Part shown: positions 17,831 through 25,495 of the stretch, in pieces
Position numbering within the stretch: position 1 is the stretch's first letter
How the letters are laid out: the number at the start of each line of letters is the position of its first letter
Virus record (IMG/VR): IMGVR_UViG_3300008954_000237
Coordinates: 1 to 26,424 of that record
Direction: 5' to 3' (one strand)
Source of the DNA: a virus
Lineage: Duplodnaviria; Caudoviricetes
Length of the DNA: 26,424 nt
Made by a program: the position numbers and the translations under genes
Notes under the pieces: generated by a model
What the model was told of the DNA's origin: nothing
The model's database searches: none
What the model saw: the letters and a program-made list of their open reading frames with translations, nothing else

Positions 17831-18508
17831 ATGTTTATATGTGAAGTAACAAAACCTTATGCACATAAAAAATTACTGGCTTCATTAAAAAGTATGGAGC
17901 CAGAAATTGTCGGGCAAAGACTTGACAAATATAAATTAACTAGTATAATACAAGATACGTTAGATCAGTTTAAAGTAGAAGTAGAATTTCAAAATACTCC
18001 TAACGTACCTAAAGATGAAATAAATATGAACGCTGGTTATTCGCAAGGAATAGATGCTTGGAATGATCCAGATATATATGCAACAAATTTAGATTTGTTG
18101 TTTAATGATAAACAAAGAACATATAGTTTTTCAAAAGAAGGTTTTGATGAATTAGTTGTTAGAATAAATGATGCGATTGGGCATGAACGAATTCATCAAC
18201 GACAAGCAAGAAAAAGGAAATTAAAAGTCCAAGGTACACCTTATAAGGGGCCTGGTAAAGACAAAGCAGAAAGAGATTATTTAGGACAACCCGACGAAGT
18301 AGAAGCTTTTTCGTACAATATAGCCAGTGAGTTATTACGTCGGCATGATAAAGAAACTATCATAAATGCATTTAGAACGGGTGATTTAAGTATTCTTAAG
18401 GATAGCGTAAATTTTGTTGCATATCTTTCTAGTTTTGAAGATACAGATAACAAGACTATGCGAAACTTAATTAATAAGATATTAAAGTATTTAGAAAATT
18501 TAGATTAA
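17831..18508 (+). CDS. Zincin-like metallopeptidase-motif protein
   Basis: GHERIHQRQ (HExxH) plus downstream YLGQPDEVEAFS; TAAATA 17820-17825. Confidence 0.6.
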   Translation: MFICEVTKPYAHKKLLASLKSMEPEIVGQRLDKYKLTSIIQDTLDQFKVEVEFQNTPNVPKDEINMNAGYSQGIDAWNDPDIYATNLDLLFNDKQRTYSFSKEGFDELVVRINDAIGHERIHQRQARKRKLKVQGTPYKGPGKDKAERDYLGQPDEVEAFSYNIASELLRRHDKETIINAFRTGDLSILKDSVNFVAYLSSFEDTDNKTMRNLINKILKYLENLD

Positions 18509-18520
18509 GAGGAAACATGC

Positions 18521-18880
18521 ATGTACGAATACAAAGCTCGACTCGTAAGAGTCATTGACGGAGGTACTATTGATGCTGATATAGATATGGGATTTCAAGT
18601 CCACATTGATCAACGTATTAAACTTTTTGGAGTTAATGCGCCTGATCCAAAATCCCATGATACAGAAGAACGTGAGCGAGGATTAGCATCAAAAAATAGA
18701 TTAATAGAAATTTTACCAAAAGAAATTATTGTACAAACAATGTTAAACAAACGAGGTAAGTTTGGTAGAATATTAGGTATAGTCATGTACAAAGAAGAAC
18801 ATGGCGAAATAATAAATGTAAATGATTTAATTATCAGTGAGGGTTTTGCAACAAGATATCCCTCAAATGATGATAAATAA
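18521..18880 (+). CDS. Staphylococcal nuclease (thermonuclease)-like protein with substituted active site
   Basis: RVIDGGTID, RIKLFGVNAPD, KFGRILG, VNDLIISEGFA. Confidence 0.85.
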   Translation: MYEYKARLVRVIDGGTIDADIDMGFQVHIDQRIKLFGVNAPDPKSHDTEERERGLASKNRLIEILPKEIIVQTMLNKRGKFGRILGIVMYKEEHGEIINVNDLIISEGFATRYPSNDDK

Positions 18881-18903
18881 ACTTAATAGTATAGGAGTTT
18901 TTA

Positions 18904-19629
18904 ATGGAAGCAGGATATATACAACCTCAAGTAAGGGCTTTTGCAGGTGACGGCATACCTCAACATACAACAAATGCATCTGGCGGTCAAACTGCTGGAA
19001 GTAATGTTGGTACAACTGATGGTGTTGCAATACCAGGTGTATTTAAATATGAGGTAACTATTTCAGGGTTAGCAGTACCGGCAGCAAATGAAGGAACTAT
19101 TAATAATCAAACTGTTAGTAACTCTTCCTATACTGTTGCTTCAGATGATCAAGCAAAACAAATTGTACGAGGTAATATGCGATTTAATAGTATGGTTTCA
19201 AGATTAGGTTCATCAAACCAAATTCATGAACTAACTGTTGAAGCAGTTACTGGAGGTACTAATGGAGCTACTGTCGGAGTTAATACAGAGATAAAATTTC
19301 ATGTATCATATTTAGACGAACCTATTTATCAAGTAGATCCTACTGTTACTGGTGCCAATGCAGTAAAACTATTAGCAGCCCAAGGTGCAGGCGGATACGA
19401 TTTTAATGGACTAAACCCTGCAACTTTATCATCTAGACAATCATTTGGGTGGGATACATCTAATAATAGCGTAATAAATGAAAAAATAGATGCGGTCACT
19501 TTAAATGCAACTCTATCAACCGTTCAGGGCTTGATTACAGTAACAGATATTTCCGCTAGTGATGCTGATGTTGCTACTAAAGTAGAACCTTCTGGCACAA
19601 ATCGCGAAACTGCAACTTCGTTGCCTTAA
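18904..19629 (+). CDS. Probable virion structural protein
   Basis: TAAATA 18874-18879, SD AGGAG, Gly/Ala/Thr/Val-rich. Confidence 0.65.
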   Translation: MEAGYIQPQVRAFAGDGIPQHTTNASGGQTAGSNVGTTDGVAIPGVFKYEVTISGLAVPAANEGTINNQTVSNSSYTVASDDQAKQIVRGNMRFNSMVSRLGSSNQIHELTVEAVTGGTNGATVGVNTEIKFHVSYLDEPIYQVDPTVTGANAVKLLAAQGAGGYDFNGLNPATLSSRQSFGWDTSNNSVINEKIDAVTLNATLSTVQGLITVTDISASDADVATKVEPSGTNRETATSLP

Positions 19630-19632
19630 TAT

Positions 19633-21177
19633 ATGTTTTTTGGATTTCTAGTTTTATTCACAGCATTATTAATTTCGGGTGTAGCCGCTTGGTATTCTAT
19701 TGTAGGGCTCATGGCAATTTTTAGTGGCGCCGCTTTAGCCATTGCAATTATGGGCGGTGTATTAGAAGTAGGTAAATTAGTTACCGCAAGTTGGCTTTAT
19801 AATTATTGGAAAAAAATCCCCGCATTTCTTAAAGTATATCTTACTGCCGCAGTTATAGGTTTAATGTTTATAACGTCTATGGGTATCTTTGGATTTTTAT
19901 CTAAAGCACACTTAGAACAAACTGCAATGTCAGACGAACAAGTAGCACAAATATCTGTACTAGAAGGTAAAATTATAAGAAGTAGTGCAAAAGTTTCGCG
20001 ATGGACAGATGAAATAGATAGATTAAATCGCGGAGAAAATGTTAGAGTTGATAATATTATTCAGGGTGAAGAGGCCCAATTACAACGATTATATGATCGT
20101 ATAGATGATGAAAAACAAACCATACGACTTACTGCCGAATCTGCTACTCAAGTATTGCTTGATAAAATAGAAGAATCAAAACGTAGAACAAAAGATGATA
20201 TTGAATTAGTTAAAAATAGAGAAGATAATCAAAAAGAAATAGATGAAATACGAAAACGAGATAGAGGTACTCAATGGGTTGCTCGTAGAGATATAGGTGT
20301 TCTAAACAATCAATTAAAAATAGATTTATTAGCAGTAGATAATCGTTATGCAGATAATATAGATAAAATCAATCAACGCATTAATAAACTTAAAGAAAAG
20401 TCTAATTTAAAAACTGAAGATATAGATAAACGTGTAAATGAATTAGAAGGATTCATAGAAACCGAGCAAGTAAAAGTAGATCAAGTACGGGAAGATAAGT
20501 TAGTATTAGAAAAAACGTACAGAGCATTAGAAGTAGAAGTAGGTCCAGTAAAATATATTGCAGAATTTATATATGGCGATCAAGCATTAGGTATGTTAGA
20601 TAGTGCAGTAAGGGCAGTTATTTTACTTTTAATATTTGTTTTTGATCCGTTAGCAGTATTGCTTATCATAGCAGGTAACATGACTATACGTGAAGCAATG
20701 GTCGCTCCTCCTAAACTTAAACCTAGAAAAAAAGAAAAAGAACCGGAAATAGATTTAGAAGTAGCAAAAAATGTAGGATTGTCAAAGGAGAACAAAGATG
20801 ATGCTAGAACTGAACCAGAAGTTGTACAAGAAAGATCGACTCCTGAGCCAGAACCCGAACACAAGTCGGAACCGCCTGCTCCTGAGCGAGAAACTAGAAT
20901 TGTTGAAGATGTTGTTGAGCATAAAGAGGAAGAAAAGATTAAAGCAACAATCGACGAAGAAATAAAAGAAGTATTAGAAAAAGCAGATCCGGAAGTAAGA
21001 GAAGAAGTAGTAAAAGAATTACAAAAAGAAGAACAACCAGAAGTGCAAACAGTATTAGTTGATAAAACAAATACACCGGTAGTACAACCATTACTTAACA
21101 AAGGGAGGTCATTATTAAAATCTTTAGCATCTGGCAAACCAGCAAAAAAAAGCTGGATAGATAATTCACATGAGTAA
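19633..21177 (+). CDS. Membrane protein with long coiled coil and Glu/Pro-rich tail
   Basis: Three N-terminal hydrophobic segments, long charged helical region, TM segment VILLLIFVFDPLAVLLIIAG, EPEPE-type tail. Confidence 0.8.
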   Translation: MFFGFLVLFTALLISGVAAWYSIVGLMAIFSGAALAIAIMGGVLEVGKLVTASWLYNYWKKIPAFLKVYLTAAVIGLMFITSMGIFGFLSKAHLEQTAMSDEQVAQISVLEGKIIRSSAKVSRWTDEIDRLNRGENVRVDNIIQGEEAQLQRLYDRIDDEKQTIRLTAESATQVLLDKIEESKRRTKDDIELVKNREDNQKEIDEIRKRDRGTQWVARRDIGVLNNQLKIDLLAVDNRYADNIDKINQRINKLKEKSNLKTEDIDKRVNELEGFIETEQVKVDQVREDKLVLEKTYRALEVEVGPVKYIAEFIYGDQALGMLDSAVRAVILLLIFVFDPLAVLLIIAGNMTIREAMVAPPKLKPRKKEKEPEIDLEVAKNVGLSKENKDDARTEPEVVQERSTPEPEPEHKSEPPAPERETRIVEDVVEHKEEEKIKATIDEEIKEVLEKADPEVREEVVKELQKEEQPEVQTVLVDKTNTPVVQPLLNKGRSLLKSLASGKPAKKSWIDNSHE

Positions 21178-22402
21178 AGATAAAAGTAAAAGTTTTATTT
21201 GTAGTTTTTGTGCTAAAAGCAGAGACGAAGTAAAAAAGTTAATACAAGGTCCAGATGACGGTGTGTTCATTTGTGACGAATGTATTACATTGTCCTTTAA
21301 TATTGTTCACGAAGAACAAAATGAAATAAACGAACATTATGTTTATACCCCGCAAGCAATCTATGATCATTTAAATGATTACGTAATTGGTCAGGAAGAA
21401 GCAAAAAAAGTCTTATCAGTAGCAGTATATAATCATTATAAAAGAATTAATCATATAGCAACAGACATAGAATTAGATAAGTCTAATGTATTGTTATTAG
21501 GTCCTTCTGGGTCAGGTAAAACATTATTAGCAAGTACAGTAGCAAAAATATTAGATGTACCATTTGCTATTGCTGATGCAACTACTGTAACAGAGTCTGG
21601 TTACGTAGGAGATGATGTAGAAAATCTAATAACTAAACTTTTGCTTAATTCGGAATATGATATTGACCGTGCAGAAAAAGGTATAATTTATATAGACGAA
21701 ATAGATAAAAAAAGTAGAAAGTCCGAATCAGCAAGCATCACAAGAGATGTAAGTGGCGAAGGTGTTCAGCAAGCATTGTTAAAAATGATTGAAGGCACTG
21801 AAGTACGTGTACCGCCAGGCGGAGGGCGTAAGCATCCTGGTCAGGAAATGTTAACTGTAAACACAAAAGATATATTGTTTATACTAGGTGGTGCATTTGT
21901 TGATTTAGAAAAGCACATTAAAAAACGATTAAACAAAACAAAGTCTATAGGGTTTGGATCTAATTTAGATGAATTTAAAGAAGAAAATTATTTAAATCAT
22001 ATAGAACCAGATGACTTAGTAGAGTTTGGCCTAATACCAGAATTAATTGGTAGAATACCGGTACGTGTAGGATTAGAAGAACTTACAAAAGAACAACTAA
22101 TACAAGTATTAACACAACCGAAAAACAGTATAGTTAAACAGTTTCAGCGACTATTTGAAATGGACAATGTAAAGTTAGAATTTACAAATGGTGCATGTGA
22201 AGAAATTGTTAAAGTTTGTAATGATACAAAAGTCGGCGCAAGAGGATTGCGATCAGTTATAGAAAATGTACTATTAAATGTACAATTTAACTTACCAACA
22301 TATCAAAAGAAAGGAATAATAAAGGTAGTTATAAATGAAAAAACGATCAAAAAACAACAAGACCCGTTTCTCGTTTACGGAAAGAAACAACAGACGAAGT
22401 AA
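21170..22402 (+). CDS. clpX: ATP-dependent Clp protease ATP-binding subunit ClpX
   Basis: C4 Zn finger CSFC...CDEC, Walker A GPSGSGKT, GYVG pore loop, YIDEIDK, RDVSGEGVQQ, RKH loop, IGF loop, GARGLR. Confidence 0.97.
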   Translation: MSKDKSKSFICSFCAKSRDEVKKLIQGPDDGVFICDECITLSFNIVHEEQNEINEHYVYTPQAIYDHLNDYVIGQEEAKKVLSVAVYNHYKRINHIATDIELDKSNVLLLGPSGSGKTLLASTVAKILDVPFAIADATTVTESGYVGDDVENLITKLLLNSEYDIDRAEKGIIYIDEIDKKSRKSESASITRDVSGEGVQQALLKMIEGTEVRVPPGGGRKHPGQEMLTVNTKDILFILGGAFVDLEKHIKKRLNKTKSIGFGSNLDEFKEENYLNHIEPDDLVEFGLIPELIGRIPVRVGLEELTKEQLIQVLTQPKNSIVKQFQRLFEMDNVKLEFTNGACEEIVKVCNDTKVGARGLRSVIENVLLNVQFNLPTYQKKGIIKVVINEKTIKKQQDPFLVYGKKQQTK

Positions 22403-22880
22403 TTATATTCATCATCCTATGTTAAGGTTAATAGGAGAAGATGGAGAACAATTAGGAGTCATGGAAACTAGAAAAGCCATAACCATAGCTTGTGAACGGG
22501 AATTAGAGGTAGTAATTGTTTCTGAGAAGGCCGATCCTCCAGTGGCAAAAATTACTGATTATAATAAATACGTATATAAAGAACAACAAAAAAAGAAGGC
22601 ACAAGCAAAGCAAGCTCGAGCAAATCGTGTAGATTTAAAAGAGATGCAGTTTAGACCCAAAATCGACGAACATGATTTTATTGTAAAAACAGATAAAATT
22701 AGAAAATTCTTAGAAAAAGGTGACCAGGTTAAAGTTGTTGTTAGATTCAGAGGCAGAGAAAAATATATGTACAAAGAATCTGGCATGGAACTTGTTGAGC
22801 GTATTTCGACAAGTTTAGAAAAAGAGTTTGTGTCTACGCCAAAATTTGTCGGTTCCAGTATCGTAGCAATAATAAAATGA
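22335..22880 (+). CDS. infC: Translation initiation factor IF-3
   Basis: RLIGEDGEQLG, PPVAKITDYNKYVY, KEMQFRPKIDEHD, FLEKGDQVKVVVRFRGRE. Confidence 0.95.
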   Translation: MKKRSKNNKTRFSFTERNNRRSNYIHHPMLRLIGEDGEQLGVMETRKAITIACERELEVVIVSEKADPPVAKITDYNKYVYKEQQKKKAQAKQARANRVDLKEMQFRPKIDEHDFIVKTDKIRKFLEKGDQVKVVVRFRGREKYMYKESGMELVERISTSLEKEFVSTPKFVGSSIVAIIK

Positions 22881-23089
22881 TTAGAATAGAAGTAAGAAAT
22901 AATAATGTTGATAAAGCAATTAAATTATTAAAAAAGAAAGTTAACGAAGAAGGCACTATAAAAGAATGTAGGGATAGACAATCCTACGAACAACCGTCAA
23001 AGAAACGGCGAAGGCTTAAAGCACAAGCCATTAGACGTATAGAAAGAAATTTAGAAAAACTATACGAAGGTAAAATAAAAAATTATTGA
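22877..23089 (+). CDS. rpsU: 30S ribosomal protein bS21
   Basis: VRNNNVDKAIKLLKKKV...EG...RQSYEQPSKKRR; 70 aa, basic. Confidence 0.92.
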   Translation: MIRIEVRNNNVDKAIKLLKKKVNEEGTIKECRDRQSYEQPSKKRRRLKAQAIRRIERNLEKLYEGKIKNY

Positions 23090-23125
23090 CATTTCTATTA
23101 TAGTTTGTTATAATAGAGATAAATA
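23086..23125 (+). promoter_or_regulatory. Consensus sigma70 promoter plus TAAATA motif upstream of hsp20
   Basis: TTGACA (23086-23091), 17 bp, TGn-TATAAT (23109-23114); TAAATA 23120-23125. Confidence 0.85.
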
Positions 23126-23132
23126 ATATGAG

Positions 23133-23199
23133 GAGAAGATTAATGCCATAATAGGGTTAATCTTGCTCTGTCTTGCTTATAAAAAAGGAGAATATTATG
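23133..23199 (+). promoter_or_regulatory. ROSE-like RNA thermometer in the hsp20 leader
   Basis: 5' hairpin AAGATTAA/TTAATCTT; 3' hairpin TCTT-G-CTT / AAGGAGA pairs the SD with a bulged G (U-U/C-G-C-U ROSE motif). Confidence 0.7.
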
Positions 23200-23652
23200 A
23201 CACATAGACACCTCACAACCGCTAATCTTAGCGACTTTATCACTTCATTAACACCATTTACAGTTGGTATGGACCGTATGTTTAGAGACTTAGAGCAGTT
23301 TTCTAATTCATATGTGGCGTCCTCTACAGGGTATCCGCCCTATAACATCGAGCAAGTTGATGACGGTAAATGGGTAATTTCTATGGCCATTGCCGGCTTT
23401 GGTGAAGAAGATATTGAAGTTTCGCAAAAAGAACGCAATCTTACAGTTAAAGGTAAGATTAAAAACAAAGACGACGATAATGATTTTGTTCATCGTGGTA
23501 TTGCAAATCGTTCTTTTGAAAGAACATTTCGCTTAGGCGAACATGTGCTTGTTAAGAATGCAACTCTTAAAAATGGCATGTTAGCAATAGATTTAGAACA
23601 GGAAATACCTGAGGAAGAAAAACCTAAAGTAATTCCTATCTCGGTTAACTAA
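23197..23652 (+). CDS. Small heat shock protein (Hsp20/IbpA family)
   Basis: GYPPYNI, AIAGF, HRGIANRSFERTFRL, NGML, IPEEEKPKVIPI; SD AAGGAG supports the ATG at 23197 rather than the TTG at 23173. Confidence 0.95.
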   Translation: MTHRHLTTANLSDFITSLTPFTVGMDRMFRDLEQFSNSYVASSTGYPPYNIEQVDDGKWVISMAIAGFGEEDIEVSQKERNLTVKGKIKNKDDDNDFVHRGIANRSFERTFRLGEHVLVKNATLKNGMLAIDLEQEIPEEEKPKVIPISVN

Positions 23653-23664
23653 GCAATTTTATAT

Positions 23665-23707
23665 GCGGCACTATGTATTAGCGCCTTGAGCCCAAATCGA
23701 GTGCCGC
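23665..23707. other. GC-rich inverted repeat after hsp20
   Basis: GCGGCACT / AGTGCCGC, 8 bp, 27-nt loop, no U tract. Confidence 0.5.
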
Positions 23708-23739
23708 CTCTAGTCAAATAAATATAAAAAAGAGGTAGT

Positions 23740-24048
23740 ATGTCTGATGTAGAAACTGTAGTTGAAAAAAAAGTTACAGAAAATTTAAATATAAAAGAAC
23801 CTGAAAAATATCAAGTAATATTTGTTAATGATAACTTTACACCGATGGAATTTGTTGTAAAAGTTTTAATGTCGGTATTTCATCATACACTACAAGATGC
23901 GGAAAAAATAATGATAGATATACACGAAAAAGGTAAAGGTACAGCAGGTATATTTTTTTATGAAATAGCCGAGCAAAAGGCAATAGAAACTACCAATCTG
24001 GCCAGAAGTAATGGCCATCCATTAAACGTAGAAGTTGAAACAGCGTAA
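23740..24048 (+). CDS. clpS: N-degron adaptor ClpS
   Basis: YQVIFVNDNFTPMEFVVKVL, IHEKGKG, EIAEQK, HPL; TAAATA 23719-23724, SD GAGGT. Confidence 0.95.
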   Translation: MSDVETVVEKKVTENLNIKEPEKYQVIFVNDNFTPMEFVVKVLMSVFHHTLQDAEKIMIDIHEKGKGTAGIFFYEIAEQKAIETTNLARSNGHPLNVEVETA

Positions 24049-24595
24049 CATAGTTGTTGTAGGAAATGGTATTAGTAGAAAAAATTTAGATTTATGGCAA
24101 CTTAAAAAACAATATACAGTATACGGATGTAATGCAATATATAGAGAATTTCATCCAGATATTTTATTTTGTGTAGATGATAGAATGTGCAATGAACTCC
24201 ATGTAAGTGGATACTCGAAAGCACATAATGTAATCACAACTAATAAATATAGTTGTCCGTCAGCGACACATATCAATATAAAAAGCCAATGGAAAAAATG
24301 GAATTGTGGTGCGTTAGCATGTTTGTATGCAGCCTCTCAAAATCCAGATATTGTATATCTAGTAGGATTCGACATTGTCCAAGAAAAATACAGAAACATC
24401 TATGAAGGGACTCTCCACTATCCCGGAAAGAACAGTAAAGCAGATATCAGAGTGGGACTTGCTACCAAAGAGCAACTTTGCTGGACCTTTCATTCCTTTC
24501 CCTATATCGAATTTAGAAGAGTTGGTGGAATGGCAATTAGAGAATTCGGAAGATTTAGAAATTATAGAAGAATAAAAAAATTTAATGCTAAATAA
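24035..24595 (+). CDS. Hypothetical Rossmann-like protein (GT29/DUF115-like motifs)
   Basis: VVVGNGISR, YGCNAIYRE, PDILFCVD, YLVGFD; TTG start uncertain. Confidence 0.6.
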   Translation: MKQRNIVVVGNGISRKNLDLWQLKKQYTVYGCNAIYREFHPDILFCVDDRMCNELHVSGYSKAHNVITTNKYSCPSATHINIKSQWKKWNCGALACLYAASQNPDIVYLVGFDIVQEKYRNIYEGTLHYPGKNSKADIRVGLATKEQLCWTFHSFPYIEFRRVGGMAIREFGRFRNYRRIKKFNAK

Positions 24596-24599
24596 TTTT

Positions 24600-24906
24600 A
24601 GGCGGATAAATGACGTCTTAAAAACAGGAAGAGCTGATCTAATCAATTACGTTACTGAAAAGTAATAAACTTGGTCGAGATGTGTTTTTTAAAGACAGTA
24701 AAGTCCGCCTTACACAGAATTACAGGATGTGGTAAAGCTCGGTCCGCACTAGACCACCTCTGCTTTAATTAGCATGTTTGGAATTGTCTATCGAGACCGG
24801 CATAGTAACTAGAGACTTACAAAAGTTAGCCTAATCCGGATAAGGGTTATAACAAAATAGTTTCTGTTTGTTCATAATCGAGTATATGGTAATAATACCT
24901 CTGAAC
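24600..24906 (+). ncRNA. Unassigned multi-domain structured RNA (~300 nt)
   Basis: Gap with no credible ORF in a gene-dense genome; TAAATA at 24589-24594; several helices, a GAAA tetraloop and loop-loop complementarities (see findings). Confidence 0.6.
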
Positions 24907-24941
24907 ACATGTTTATTTTTTAATATACTACAGGACACGGT

Positions 24942-25187
24942 ATGCAAAATTTAAGGAGAAGCATAGCTCATAGGGTAGACAAAGAAGAACTGTCGCCGTG
25001 TCAACTGAACATACGGGATAAAGACCACTTTTATGCTGTTGTTCATTATCTTAATAGAACGTTAGGAAGGCAGGGTTGGAGGGCCCAAAAGAATACACTT
25101 AAAAAATTTAAACAAGGTCGTTCAAATGTTAAGCGTATTTTTTGGTTAACTGACCCTTCCGTTTCTGTAATGCTAAAACTTTTATGA
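24942..25187 (+). CDS. Hypothetical basic protein
   Basis: 81-aa ORF, SD AGGA, coupled to the next gene. Confidence 0.7.
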   Translation: MQNLRRSIAHRVDKEELSPCQLNIRDKDHFYAVVHYLNRTLGRQGWRAQKNTLKKFKQGRSNVKRIFWLTDPSVSVMLKLL

Positions 25188-25465
25188 ATGATGTCCTTGA
25201 AGAATTATTCAAAGTAATTGATTCCTTTCAAACAAATATAGACGATGATCCTAATATGGAAACTTTTGTAAAAGAAGGACATATTGAAGTGCTTACTCAT
25301 GATAATGTTTTGTTTGAATTAGATGTAAAGAAAAATAATAACGGAACTTTAGAAAAATCAATAGCAGTTTCTAAAGTAGACGACGACGGGGAAGTCGTAG
25401 AAGTCTTTGAAGGTAAAGAGGATGATATATCTGAACTTATGCCAAATTCAAAATTATTAAATTGA
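25184..25465 (+). CDS. Hypothetical acidic protein
   Basis: 93-aa Asp/Glu-rich ORF with ATGA-type overlap. Confidence 0.7.
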   Translation: MNDVLEELFKVIDSFQTNIDDDPNMETFVKEGHIEVLTHDNVLFELDVKKNNNGTLEKSIAVSKVDDDGEVVEVFEGKEDDISELMPNSKLLN

Positions 25466-25490
25466 CATAATTTTTTGTATATGCTATAAT
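25462..25490 (+). promoter_or_regulatory. Consensus sigma70 promoter with extended -10
   Basis: TTGACA (25462-25467), 17 bp, TGC-TATAAT (25485-25490); ATG at 25496. Confidence 0.85.
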
Positions 25491-25495
25491 AATAC

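Noticed and set aside
20580-21137. 185-aa minus-strand Ser-rich ORF
   Set aside because: Antisense shadow of the Glu/Lys-rich tail of the 19633 gene.
24600-24710. 6S RNA, SRP RNA or T-box assignment for the first rod
   Set aside because: Too short for typical 6S and no clear central bubble; no SRP helix-8 motif; no T-box UGGN antiterminator.
24600-24870. RNase P RNA (GATAAATGAC, AGTAAAGTCC and ACAGAA resemble its conserved regions, possibly permuted)
   Set aside because: I could not build a P4 helix with the bulged U and a matching ACAnAAnnnnGCUUA strand; the motifs fit a simple rod better. A cmsearch would settle it.
24780-24870. Group I intron core (AATTG, AGAGACT, ATAGTT)
   Set aside because: The P7 G-C guanosine-binding pair is not formed, P6 is too short, and no interrupted gene or splice sites are evident.
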